A DNA stretch of 64,000 nucleotides, taken from contig CAVQJM010000023.1 of the NCBI GenBank assembly GCA_963712845.1, positions 15,304 through 79,303 of the forward strand. The letters are read 5' to 3'. Shown one piece after another: positions 19,203-28,882 of the stretch (the stretch's first letter is position 1; each line of letters starts with the position of its first letter). Both the position numbers and the translations under genes were made by a program. A model generated the notes under the pieces. The model searched no databases. It saw only the letters and a list, made by a program, of their open reading frames with translations, and had not been told where the DNA came from. Source of the DNA: an uncultured Acidobacteriaceae bacterium (GTDB taxonomy: Bacteria > Acidobacteriota > Terriglobia > Terriglobales > Acidobacteriaceae).

Positions 19203-20360
19203 ATGCCCCAGAAAATATCCCCCCTGACCTCGGTGCGTTTCTTTCTTGCATCGTTTGTGTTGTTCCATCACTCGGTGCGCGCTTTTTTCCCTGTTTACTC
19301 CAGCAGGGGCGCGCAGGGGGTTCCGGAAGGTTTTTTCGGTACTGTCTCGTTTGCCTTCCCAGTTGCGGTCAGTTTTTTCTATTTGCTGTCAGGTTACGTG
19401 CTGAGCCTGGTGAATTTGCGTGATGGGCAGGCTATCAACAAGAGCCGATTTTTTGCTGCACGGTTCGCGCGCCTGTATCCGCTGTACTTTGTCATGTTGA
19501 TAGTCGCCACGCCGGAGCTTCTGGCCTGGGAAGTGCACCGGCACGGCATGAAGACCGGGATGATCAAGACAGTAGAGATATTTGCGGCGAATGTAGCCAT
19601 GACCCAGGTCTGGTACCCGAGCCGGCTGCTTCGTATCAACACTCCGAGCTGGTCGCTGTGCGGAGAAATTTTCTTTTATGTATGCTTTCCGCTGCTCGGC
19701 ACTTTGTTGTGGAAGCTGCGTGGAGCCCGCCTGTGGATGACCGCACTGGCCTTGTACGCCGGAGGCCAAGCTTTGGTTTGGGTGATGCGAACGCAGCTGA
19801 GTTTTGAAATGGCAATGGTCCTCCCGCCATTCCACCTGTCCACTTTTGCAGTTGGGATCCTGCTGGCCCGCTGGCAGACGCTGCAACAGGCACAAGGGGG
19901 TAAGCAGCGAATACGCGTTTGGCAGGTGAACGCCGTGTTGGGAGTGTCGGCCGGCGGAGTTGCTTTGAGCGTGCGCCTGGTTCCCTGGTTTCGCGTAGCT
20001 GCACCTTACAACAATGGACTCCTCGTGCCGTTTTTTGCGGGCTTCATATGGGCGCTATCGGCTGTTCCCACCCCGCTGTCGCGTTGGTTGAGCAGGCGAT
20101 GGCTGGTGGCTCTGGGGAATTCCAGCTATGCACTCTACCTGATCCATACGCCAATGCTCGCCTTGTTTCTCCACTTTCAGTGGGTATCTCATGCGTTCTA
20201 TCCGGTATATCTCGCACTCTGCGTCGGGTTGAGTTTGTTGAGCTTTCACTACTTCGAGACTCCCGTCCGCCTCTGGTTCATGGAGCGCTTCCATGCGCAT
20301 GTGATTCGAAATGCACCAGGCGCGATCTCAACATTGCCTCATACTCTCCAGTCGCTGTGA
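19203..20360 (+). CDS. Acyltransferase family 3 (membrane O-acyltransferase)
   Basis: 385 aa, about 10 TM helices. N-terminal signature LTSVRFFLASFVLFHHS and WSLCGEIFFY. GC content is visibly lower than the flanking genes. Confidence 0.75.
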   Translation: MPQKISPLTSVRFFLASFVLFHHSVRAFFPVYSSRGAQGVPEGFFGTVSFAFPVAVSFFYLLSGYVLSLVNLRDGQAINKSRFFAARFARLYPLYFVMLIVATPELLAWEVHRHGMKTGMIKTVEIFAANVAMTQVWYPSRLLRINTPSWSLCGEIFFYVCFPLLGTLLWKLRGARLWMTALALYAGGQALVWVMRTQLSFEMAMVLPPFHLSTFAVGILLARWQTLQQAQGGKQRIRVWQVNAVLGVSAGGVALSVRLVPWFRVAAPYNNGLLVPFFAGFIWALSAVPTPLSRWLSRRWLVALGNSSYALYLIHTPMLALFLHFQWVSHAFYPVYLALCVGLSLLSFHYFETPVRLWFMERFHAHVIRNAPGAISTLPHTLQSL

Positions 20361-20546
20361 CAGGTATGCAATCCCCGTCTGCTCCATTGACGGGAGGATG
20401 GCTCGCAGGTCAGCTTGTGTCATGCTCGCGTCGTGGATGAGCTGCTTCCGGGGACGATCGCTATCCATTCACTCCCCTGCCGGGCTTAACTTTCACGTCA
20501 CCCCTCATCGCACATTCTGCGTTCTGCGCCTTCCAATCCGGCATGA

Positions 20547-22961
20547 TTGAAGAGAGACAGCCTGAGCTCCGGCTCCTGCGAGGTGCTCTCTGTGGCCATT
20601 GCACGTCCGCTTGTTTGTTACTGCTTCGCTCTCCTGTTGACGCTCGCGGTCGCTGCCGCTGCGCAACAGCCGAGCCCTCCGCAAGCGCCCGCCCCTGCGC
20701 AAACTGAAGGGGTGATGCCCTCTGTGCGCCTGCCCAATGGGCGTGCCGGGCTGACCTCGCCCATCGACAACACGATGGTGAAGACAGATAGCGCACCCGC
20801 CGGGGCGTTGCCGGCTACGGTTCCCGCGGGCCGGCCGAGCGTCGGGCTGGTGCTGGACGGCGGCGGCGCGCTCGGCCTGGCGCACATCGGCGTGCTGAAG
20901 TGGTTTGAGGAGAATCGCATCCCGGTGGATCGCATCACCGGGACCAGCATGGGCTCGCTGATCGGCGCACTGTATGCGACGGGCCGCTCGGCGGAAGAGA
21001 TCGAGGACGTCGCGACCGGCGCCGAACTGCCGAACATTTTTCACTTGTCGGTGGACTACGACCAGCTGAGCTACCGTCGCCGCGAGGATCGCCGGGAGCT
21101 GCCGGGCGCTCTCGAAGTAGGGCTCAAAGGCGGCATTAGCCTGCGCAATGCCCTGCTGACCGATCGCGGACTGAATGCGTTTCTGCACGAGGAGTTTCAC
21201 AGCTACGACGGCGACCACCTTCGCTTCGATGAGCTGCCGATTCCATTTCGCTGCGTCTCCACGGATCTGAACACGCTCCACCCGGTGATCTTCTATGGCG
21301 GATCGATACCGCTGGCGGTGCGGGCGTCCATCGCGATTCCCGGCATCTTCGCGCCGGTGAAGTATCAGGACCACTATCTGGTGGACGGCGCGATCATGGA
21401 AAACCTGCCGACGGAGGTGGCGAAGAACGATCTCCGTTCCGATGTGGTGATCGCGGTGCTACTGCCATCAACGGAGTTCGCGGATAGCGATGTGGCTTCC
21501 ATCGTGGGCGTCTTCGCGCGCGCATTCTCCGCCGGGACGGCACGCAACGAGCGCGAGTCCATGAAGGTGGCAAACGTTCTGCTGACGCCGGATACGGGCA
21601 AGTATGGCGTGGGCGATTACAGCAATGCGAAGAAGCTGATCGACATCGGCTATGCGGCTGCGAAGTCGCAGCGCGACAAGCTGCTGACGTATCAGCTCTC
21701 GCCGGATGCATGGAAGGAGTACATTGCGGACAAACACTCGCGGCTGCGGGCGCATCCAGGCCTGCTGGAAACGGTGAAGATCCAGGGCGGTTCCGACGGC
21801 GCGAAGCAGAGCGTCTCGGAGAGCCTGAAGCCGCTCGAAGGAAAGCCGATCGAGCCGCGGCCGATCATCCAGGCGTTGAATCGCGTCCAGAACAATCAAA
21901 CATACGAGGCGGAGTTTGTGACGCTTGCGCCGCGACGGCCAGATAGCACCTCGGCAGCCGGCCCGGACACCGGCGTGCTGGTGGACCTGGAACCCACGCG
22001 CAATGGGCCGCCCTTTCTGCTGGTTGGTGCGGACATTACCGCCATGACCGACAACGTGACGCGAGGCACACTCGACCTGCGGCTTATCAACAATGACCTC
22101 GGCGGCTATCGCTCAGAGCTGCGTACGGATCTGCGCATCGGCTTCCTGACCCAGGCCTCGACGGAGTACTACCGGAGGCTGCGGGAGAACGGGCTCTTTG
22201 TGCAGCCGCATGCCGGTTTGCTGCGGCAGCCGGTCTACATCTTCAGCAATCAGCGTCGCATTGCGGAACGGCTGCAGCAGAATGCCGGCGGCGGGCTGGA
22301 CTTCGGGCGTACGTATCACTCGCGCGCGCAGCTTGCCGCGGAGTGGCGCTACGAGGCCGTGCGCTGGCATACGCAGAGCGGCAGCGACTTCCGCCCCGAT
22401 CTCTCAGGAACTGCGCAGACCGGTGTGCTGCACTTCACCTACAACAGCCTGAACGCCGGGCAGCTTGCCACCCGCGGAGTGCTGTTCGATGTCGCGGGTG
22501 GGGCACTCTATCATTCGCTGGCCAGCCAGGATGCGCCGGTGGCGCACCTTAACACGATGTATTCGACGACCTTTGCAGACAAGAACATTGTTGGATTTGG
22601 CATATCCGCGGATACGTATTTCCGCCGCAATGTGGCAGACCCGCTGCGCTTCACGCTGGGCGGCCCGATGCGGCTCTCTGCCTCGTCGATTGACGAGTAT
22701 CGCGGCACGGACGACATGCTGGTGCGCGCGGCCTACCTGCGGCGCATCGCCTCCCTGCCCACACAGCTCGGTGACGGTCTCTATATCTCCACCGCCTATG
22801 AGGGCGGCGAGATGTGGTCACCGGAGCGGGCAGCATTTCTGCGGCAAGATGGCGTTCTCGGCGTGCTGGCCGCGACGCCGCTGGGATCCATCACGCTGGG
22901 TGGCTCTGTCGGCGATGCGGGCCGGCGAAAATTCTTCTTCACTTTCGGACGATTGTTCTGA
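20547..22961 (+). CDS. Patatin-like phospholipase fused to a POTRA/Omp85-type beta-barrel (PlpD-like, type Vd autotransporter architecture)
   Basis: Patatin motifs DGGGALGLAHIGV, GTSMGS (GxSxG) and LVDGAIMENLP (catalytic Asp). The C-terminal ~350 aa have alternating beta-strand character and end in FFFTFGRLF, a terminal-Phe OMP signature. The 20547 start is TTG; a GTG at 20583 gives a cleaner signal peptide. Confidence 0.8.
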   Translation: MKRDSLSSGSCEVLSVAIARPLVCYCFALLLTLAVAAAAQQPSPPQAPAPAQTEGVMPSVRLPNGRAGLTSPIDNTMVKTDSAPAGALPATVPAGRPSVGLVLDGGGALGLAHIGVLKWFEENRIPVDRITGTSMGSLIGALYATGRSAEEIEDVATGAELPNIFHLSVDYDQLSYRRREDRRELPGALEVGLKGGISLRNALLTDRGLNAFLHEEFHSYDGDHLRFDELPIPFRCVSTDLNTLHPVIFYGGSIPLAVRASIAIPGIFAPVKYQDHYLVDGAIMENLPTEVAKNDLRSDVVIAVLLPSTEFADSDVASIVGVFARAFSAGTARNERESMKVANVLLTPDTGKYGVGDYSNAKKLIDIGYAAAKSQRDKLLTYQLSPDAWKEYIADKHSRLRAHPGLLETVKIQGGSDGAKQSVSESLKPLEGKPIEPRPIIQALNRVQNNQTYEAEFVTLAPRRPDSTSAAGPDTGVLVDLEPTRNGPPFLLVGADITAMTDNVTRGTLDLRLINNDLGGYRSELRTDLRIGFLTQASTEYYRRLRENGLFVQPHAGLLRQPVYIFSNQRRIAERLQQNAGGGLDFGRTYHSRAQLAAEWRYEAVRWHTQSGSDFRPDLSGTAQTGVLHFTYNSLNAGQLATRGVLFDVAGGALYHSLASQDAPVAHLNTMYSTTFADKNIVGFGISADTYFRRNVADPLRFTLGGPMRLSASSIDEYRGTDDMLVRAAYLRRIASLPTQLGDGLYISTAYEGGEMWSPERAAFLRQDGVLGVLAATPLGSITLGGSVGDAGRRKFFFTFGRLF

Positions 22962-22999
22962 GTGGGCATCCGTGCACGCGGCTGCCGTAAACTAGTGGC

Positions 23000-23554
23000 A
23001 TGGCACGAACCGAATCCGTAATGCAGCCTCTGGGCACGATTGCCCCTGACTTCTCGCTTCCCGATGTCCTCTCCGGCAAAACGGTGAGCCGCGATGGTGC
23101 GAAGGGCGCGGGTGGACTGCTGGTGATGTTCCTGTGCGTGCATTGCCCGTTCGTGAAATATATCGAACAGGGCATCGCGCGCTTTGCCGGCGACTATGCG
23201 GGACAGGGGCTGGGCATCGTGGGCATCAGCAGCAATGACGCTGTTGCGTACCCCGACGATTCACCGGAGGGCATGCGCGCACAGGCCAAGCGGCTCGGCT
23301 TCACCTTTCCGTATCTCTACGACGAGTCGCAGCAGGTGGCGCGCGCTTACGAAGCTGCGTGCACGCCGGACTTCTTTCTCTATGATCGCGATCTGCGGCT
23401 GATGTATCGCGGGCAGTTCGATGCGAGCCGTCCCAGCTTGACTGTGCCGGTGACGGGCAGCGACCTGCGTCGCGCGGTCGAAGCGCTGCTGGCGGGCAAG
23501 CCGCCGCTCGATGAGCAACACGCGAGCCTCGGCTGCGGCATCAAGTGGAAATAG
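23000..23554 (+). CDS. Thioredoxin-fold / AhpC-TSA family thiol-disulfide oxidoreductase
   Basis: 184 aa. APDFSLPD followed by the redox motif FLCVHCPFV (CxxC), then GISSND...FPYLYDE. Confidence 0.75.
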   Translation: MARTESVMQPLGTIAPDFSLPDVLSGKTVSRDGAKGAGGLLVMFLCVHCPFVKYIEQGIARFAGDYAGQGLGIVGISSNDAVAYPDDSPEGMRAQAKRLGFTFPYLYDESQQVARAYEAACTPDFFLYDRDLRLMYRGQFDASRPSLTVPVTGSDLRRAVEALLAGKPPLDEQHASLGCGIKWK

Positions 23555-23572
23555 AGCGGATCGACACAAGGC

Positions 23573-24877
23573 TCACATCGCCGGCGCTGCGGACTTAGCC
23601 GGCTTCAGCGCGAAGTGGTGCGTTGTGGGTTGCGCATCCTTCTGCTGCTGTGCGATGGACGTAGCGACAGCCTGCTGCATGGCCTGCTGTTGTGGCTCCG
23701 GCGCTGCTTCCGGATGCTGCTGCGTGCCGGCCACCATGGTGAAGAGGTCGTGCTCGAGTTGGTTGCGGTGCTCCGTCTCCCATGCCAGCGTCTGCGATTG
23801 CCGCAGCATCGGCGTGGCCATGCGTGCCAGGTTGACGCCGTGCTGCAGCGCATCTGCCGTGAAGCTGGCGACAGGCTGGTCGTCGATGGTGAGCGCGTAA
23901 TCGCCCGCGGCGAGTCCGGTCACGGTGAGAGTCTCCTGATCGAGCGCAGCCTCCACACCACCTGCTTCCAGTGCGAGATCCGTGATGGCATTGGTGCCGG
24001 TGAGCGGCAGCGGCAAGGGCAGCGCGCTCTCGATCTCCGTCCACTGGAGCGTCTCGCTCTTTTTCTCGCGCTTCACGTCGGTGACGCTGGCGTTCTGCAC
24101 ATCGGTTGTCTTTGCGGCGTGCGCATCCACGGTCACACTGCTGACCAGCGCGGGTGCATGCCAGGCCTTCAGCACGGTCTCGGCCATCACCCAATGCACG
24201 CCCTCGCCGGGATGCACGCGATCCGGAATCAGGCGGGAGGCGAGATCCGGATGCGCGGTCTCCACCTTCTGCAGCACATCGACGACAGGCGCGTTCAGAT
24301 CGACAAATCCCTGATGGGTGCGCTCTGCCTCCGCGCGATCGAAGTCGCTGTAGGCCTGCATCACCTCGTTGAAGTGCATGGTGGGATGGGTGACATCGTC
24401 ATACGGCGAGGGACCGATGAGCGTGAGCTTCACGCCGGGATCGCCGGCGAGGATGGTGTCCACCATGGATTTGTAACCGTTCTGGTAGGTTTTCTGAATC
24501 GCGGCATTCGGTGGATGGTAGTAGCCGTCGTTCATGCCGAGCATGATGGTCACGATGTTAGGCCGGTAGGGTAGAATGTCGCGCTGGATGCGCAGATCGA
24601 TGGGGCCTGCGGCGCCGCCGGAGACCTTGTCCCCACCCACCCCGGACTGCGTCCACTGGATCTTCCAAGTGGGAAAGCGCGTCAGCACGTACTCTTCAAT
24701 GAAGGTGGAGTAGAGGCGCTGATCGGTGATGCTGTCGCCGTAGAGCACGATGCGATCGCGATCATGAAGGGCAAAGTCGCTGGCGGCCGGCGGTGTGGTG
24801 GTTTGCGCTGAGGCGAAAGGAAGGGCGGAAAGCAGCAGGCCCGCACAGAGAGCAGCGGGTTTCGCAATATCACTCAT
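23573..24877 (-). CDS. SGNH/GDSL-family hydrolase (esterase/lipase), secreted
   Basis: Signal peptide, then block I IVLYGDSITDQ, block III MLGMNDG, and block V DRVHPGEG. There is an additional C-terminal domain. Confidence 0.75.
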   Translation of the reverse strand: MSDIAKPAALCAGLLLSALPFASAQTTTPPAASDFALHDRDRIVLYGDSITDQRLYSTFIEEYVLTRFPTWKIQWTQSGVGGDKVSGGAAGPIDLRIQRDILPYRPNIVTIMLGMNDGYYHPPNAAIQKTYQNGYKSMVDTILAGDPGVKLTLIGPSPYDDVTHPTMHFNEVMQAYSDFDRAEAERTHQGFVDLNAPVVDVLQKVETAHPDLASRLIPDRVHPGEGVHWVMAETVLKAWHAPALVSSVTVDAHAAKTTDVQNASVTDVKREKKSETLQWTEIESALPLPLPLTGTNAITDLALEAGGVEAALDQETLTVTGLAAGDYALTIDDQPVASFTADALQHGVNLARMATPMLRQSQTLAWETEHRNQLEHDLFTMVAGTQQHPEAAPEPQQQAMQQAVATSIAQQQKDAQPTTHHFALKPAKSAAPAM

Positions 24878-24945
24878 GAAGCAAAAGTCTAACTCGCCTT
24901 CGACGGTCGTGCGGCTACGTCGCGCTCGAAGAACGTAGTACGCTC

Positions 24946-25851
24946 ATGGCTGTGCCGGCCGAGTCCTCATCCCGCAAGCCATTGCTTTCCATCGACGGGT
25001 TGACCATCGCGTTTCGCGGAAAGCCCGTGGTGCGTGAGCTGAGCCTTACGATTCAACCGGGCGAAGTGCTGGGCCTGGTGGGCGAATCGGGTTCGGGAAA
25101 GTCGGTGACATCGCTTGCGATTCTCGGCCTGGTGGAGAGCGCAGCGGAAGTGCGGGGCAGCATCCGCTTCGATGGCGAACAGCTGTTGACCTTGCGGGCG
25201 GAGGCGATGCGCCGCTATCGCGGCCGCCGCATCGCAATGATCTTTCAGGAGCCGATGACGGCGCTGAATCCGGTGATGCAGGTGGGGCGGCAGATCGCGG
25301 AAGCAATTGAGACCCATCAGCCCACGCTGACGCGGCGGGAGGTGCGCAACGCCGTGATTGCCAACCTGCAAGCCGTGGCGCTGCCCGATCCGGAAAAGCG
25401 ATACACGGATTATCCGCACCAATTCTCCGGAGGCCAGCGGCAACGCATCTTAATAGCCATGGCGCTGGCGAACCGGCCACAGCTTCTGATTGCGGACGAG
25501 CCCACTACGGCGCTGGACGTGACCGTGCAGGCGCAGGTGCTGAAGCTGCTGCGCGATTTGCAGCAGCAGTTCGGACTGGCCATGCTGTTCATCTCCCACG
25601 ATCTTGCCGTAGTTGCCGAAGTGGCGGATCGGGTGGCTGTGATGCGGCATGGATGGCTGCTGGAGCAGGGCAGCCGCGAGCAGATTTTTCACACTCCGCG
25701 ACATCCTTACACGCGCAGCCTGCTGGGCGCGGTTCCTACGCTCGAGACTGACCGTACACTGCCACTTTCGACGCTGCCATCTGCCACGGATGTTCGTCCC
25801 GGTCCGCTGGTCGAGTACGACATTGGTCACCAGGCCCGCGCGCTTTCCTAA
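24946..25851 (+). CDS. ABC transporter ATP-binding protein, Dpp/Opp (DppD-like) type, no adjacent permease
   Basis: Walker A GESGSGKS, signature FSGGQRQR, Walker [14 protein letters not shown]-loop ISHD, and the oligopeptide C-terminal region [12 protein letters not shown]. Confidence 0.85.
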   Translation: MAVPAESSSRKPLLSIDGLTIAFRGKPVVRELSLTIQPGEVLGLVGESGSGKSVTSLAILGLVESAAEVRGSIRFDGEQLLTLRAEAMRRYRGRRIAMIFQEPMTALNPVMQVGRQIAEAIETHQPTLTRREVRNAVIANLQAVALPDPEKRYTDYPHQFSGGQRQRILIAMALANRPQLLIADEPTTALDVTVQAQVLKLLRDLQQQFGLAMLFISHDLAVVAEVADRVAVMRHGWLLEQGSREQIFHTPRHPYTRSLLGAVPTLETDRTLPLSTLPSATDVRPGPLVEYDIGHQARALS

Positions 25852-25962
25852 CGGCTACGGCGGTCATTCGTGACATCCTAGTACGGATTTTTGTTGAAGG
25901 CTGCAAAGGATAACCTGCCGTACTTTGCATTTATAGAAGACTCGCCTCCCCAGGCTTCGTTC

Positions 25963-26715
25963 ATGCGCGCTCTCATCCTTTCGGACATTCACGCAAACAT
26001 GCAGGCGCTGGCCGCCGTGCTGGCCGCTGCGCCGGAGCACGACATCGTCTGGAATCTGGGCGACGTTGTCGGCTATGGCGCCTCGCCGAACGAGACGATC
26101 GTGTGTTTGAAAGAGCTGAACAGCCTCTACGTGCGCGGCAATCACGACCGTGCATGCTGCGGGCTCGTATCGCTGGACGATTTCAATCCCGTTGCCCGTC
26201 AGGCTGCCGAGTGGACGCACGCGCAGCTATCGCGCACCCGCCGCAAGTGGCTATGCGAGTTGCCGCAGGGGCCAGTCACCGTAGGCGATGGGCTGGTGTG
26301 CGTGCACGGATCGGCGGCGGATGAAGATATCTACGTCCAGTCGCTCGGTGAGGCAATCGATGCTCTGCAGGCGGTGCCGAGCGCGTGGGTGGAATTTTAT
26401 GGCCACACGCACGTGCAGGGCGGATTTGTGCGTAGCGACGATGGCTGGTACGTCTTCAAGCCGGAGTACACGTCGAAGCACAACGAGGAGTATTTCGATC
26501 TGCCGATGCGCCGTGGCGTGCGCTATCTGCTGAACCCCGGTTCCGTTGGTCAGCCGCGCGACGGCGACTGGCGCGCCGGTTTTGCGCTGTACGACGATGT
26601 GGCGTCGGTGGTGCGCTTCTACCGCGTGCCCTACGATCTGGACCGCGCACAGAAGAAGATTCTCGCAGCAGGGCTGCCGGAGAGGCTGGCGAGCCGGCTG
26701 GCCGACGGTCTCTAG
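25963..26715 (+). CDS. Metallophosphoesterase (calcineurin-like, YfcE/MJ0936-type)
   Basis: The ATG at 25963 gives MRALILSDIHAN. Further motifs are LGDVVGYG, RGNHD, HGS and YGHTH. Confidence 0.8.
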   Translation: MRALILSDIHANMQALAAVLAAAPEHDIVWNLGDVVGYGASPNETIVCLKELNSLYVRGNHDRACCGLVSLDDFNPVARQAAEWTHAQLSRTRRKWLCELPQGPVTVGDGLVCVHGSAADEDIYVQSLGEAIDALQAVPSAWVEFYGHTHVQGGFVRSDDGWYVFKPEYTSKHNEEYFDLPMRRGVRYLLNPGSVGQPRDGDWRAGFALYDDVASVVRFYRVPYDLDRAQKKILAAGLPERLASRLADGL

Positions 26716-26728
26716 AGCTTTTTCACTT

Positions 26729-27773
26729 CTAGCTCACGCGCGTGGGCATCACCTGGACGGCGAAGCGCTCCATCTCTTCGCGCTGCGGGCTTGACTGCAG
26801 CAGCAACAGATCCACTCCGGCGTCGCTGAATGCGGCCACGCGCTCCGTCACCTGCTGCGGCGTACCGACCAGCCCGCTGCGCAGACCGCGGTTCGAGACG
26901 GAATAATCCTCAAGTGAAATCTTCTGCTCCAGCTTCGATCCGGTCACCCACTGCTGGTAGTTCTGATAGCCGCGCGCGGACTGCTGCACGTCGGTGATGC
27001 GCGCCACTTCGCGCTGTGCCTCGGCTTCCGTGTCACGCACGATCGCATAGCCGGCCACGCCGTAGATCATAGGCGGCAGGCCAAGGCGTTCGCGCCGCTC
27101 GCGCATGTCGGCGATCTTGCGGCCCACATTCTCCGGTGGATCACCATGCATCAGGTAGGCATCGCATCTGGCGGCGATCAGGTTCTTCGCCGTCTCGCTT
27201 TCACCACCGGCATAGAGCGTGGGACGGGGCTGGCGTACCGGCTTGGGTGAGAGCACATTGTCCGCCACGGAATAGTAACGGCCACTGTAGCTGAAGTGCT
27301 GCCGCTGCCAGCAGCCGTCGATCACATCCAGCCATTCCGAGGTGCGCGCATAGCGGTCGTCGTGCGTGTCGAAGTGCACGCCATACTTGGTCGCCTCGTC
27401 GGCCCACCAACTGGAGACGACGTTCAGCGTGAGGCGGCCATTGGCAATGCGGTCGATATTGGCGGCCTGCTTGGCCAGCAGCGCGGGATTGTGAAAGGTG
27501 GGGCGCACGGCCACCATCAGCTCCATCTTTGTTGTCACTGCAGCCAGCGCGGCGGCGGTCGACCATGCGTCGAGCGACGGTGCTTCCACGCCTTTGATGT
27601 CGTTCAGATTGAGCTCGGCGATGAGCGAAAGATCGTAGCCCAGCGCCTCGGCGCGGATGGTCAGGTCGCGCACGTATTCCCAGGACGCCACCATCTGTCT
27701 CGTCTTCGACATTGCGCAGCCAGCCGCCGAAGACGGGCATCCAGAAGCCATATTTCATGGGGCGATCAGCCAT
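26729..27773 (-). pseudogene. LLM-class (luciferase-like) flavin-dependent monooxygenase, N-terminus in a different frame
   Basis: The family-typical N-terminus MKYGFWMPVFGGWLRNVEDE (ATG 27758, or MADRP at 27773) is in one frame. The rest, MVASWEYVRDLTIRAEALGYDLSLIAELNLNDIKG...(340-aa ORF), is in another. The shift falls between about 27695 and 27708. Confidence 0.7.
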
Positions 27774-28779
27774 GCGTCAGCTCGGGGACACGGGTGGCTT
27801 TGGCGGCCTCGGCTTCGAGCCAGTCGGCAAGCTTGGCGAAGGGATCGAAGCCGATCACGTTGACGCCGTCGGCGACGAAGTTCGAAAGCGCGTTGATGTC
27901 GTAGTAGAGGCGCTGGCCGTCGCGATCGTCGGTGATGTACTCGACGCCGCCGATCTCGATGCCGGCGTGCTGCATGATGCGCTCGACATCGGCGATGACC
28001 TCGCGCGGCGGCTGAAAGCCTTCCACGCGCAGTCCGCTCTTGGGAGCGTCGATGGCACAGGCGGCGCGATTCAGTTCGACGCCGCTGGTGGTGCGGCAGA
28101 TATCCGCAGGGCACAGGTCGAAGGTCTCGCCGGTGATGTGGACTTTGATCGCATAGATGAATCGGCCGTTCAGGACTTCGACACGCACGATATGTGCATC
28201 GCGGGCGGGAATGAACTCCTGCACCAGCGCGGTCGAATCCATGCCGAGGGAAAGGCCATCCGGTGTGTCCGCGGGTTGCGCGGCCGCGGCAGCAAGTTGC
28301 GTTGGATGGTCGAAGCGCTTGACGCCCGCACCGCTGCCACCGATGTTCGGCTTGACGACGACCGGCCAGCGCAGACCATCCGTAACCGAGGTGGCCTGGG
28401 CCGCGCGATGGATCACGCGCGCCTTCGGATAGGACAGGCCGAGCTCTTCGAGCAGCGAGAGCTGCGCGGCCTTCGACAGCTCCGTGCGGAATGCCTTGAG
28501 CCCGTTGATGACGCGCACGCCGCGGCGCTCCAGGTGATCGAGGAAGCCAAGGGTGTAAAAGATCTGGTCGCCATGATCGCGGTTCCACGCCGAGGGGCTC
28601 ATGCGGTTGAAGACCAGCGCGTATTCCTGCTCGGGATGCTGCTGCGGTCCGAAGCTGTGCTCCGGCGCGTGCAGCTTGACGTAGCTGGTGCCGCGGCGGT
28701 CGAGCTCGGCGAAGAGCGGTTTGAACCAGTTGGGCTGCTCGTAGTAGATGGCGATGGGCAAGGCGGAAGACGGCGGCAT
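27766..28779 (-). CDS. ATP-grasp domain protein (RimK/glutathione-synthetase-like ligase), function unknown
   Basis: The ATG at 28779 is preceded by caggagtgc. ATP-grasp blocks: WPVVVKPNIGGSGAGV, ALVQEFIP, GGVEYI...YDINALSNF. Its stop (27766-27768) lies between the two candidate starts of the downstream LLM gene. Confidence 0.7.
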   Translation of the reverse strand: MPPSSALPIAIYYEQPNWFKPLFAELDRRGTSYVKLHAPEHSFGPQQHPEQEYALVFNRMSPSAWNRDHGDQIFYTLGFLDHLERRGVRVINGLKAFRTELSKAAQLSLLEELGLSYPKARVIHRAAQATSVTDGLRWPVVVKPNIGGSGAGVKRFDHPTQLAAAAAQPADTPDGLSLGMDSTALVQEFIPARDAHIVRVEVLNGRFIYAIKVHITGETFDLCPADICRTTSGVELNRAACAIDAPKSGLRVEGFQPPREVIADVERIMQHAGIEIGGVEYITDDRDGQRLYYDINALSNFVADGVNVIGFDPFAKLADWLEAEAAKATRVPELTHG

Positions 28780-28882
28780 GGCACTCCTGTGACGCAACGA
28801 AGGCGGCCTCCGTTACACGAGGCAGCAGCTTTCTTCACGGTAGCAACAAGGCTGGCGAGCCGCAACCGAGCGGTATTTTCGG

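Noticed and set aside
26713-26723. The 11-mer TAGAGCTTTTT right after stop codons at both 26713 and 41291, as a possible shared terminator or repeat element
   Set aside because: An 11-nt match between two sites is expected many times by chance in 64 kb, and no extended similarity or shared hairpin surrounds the two sites.
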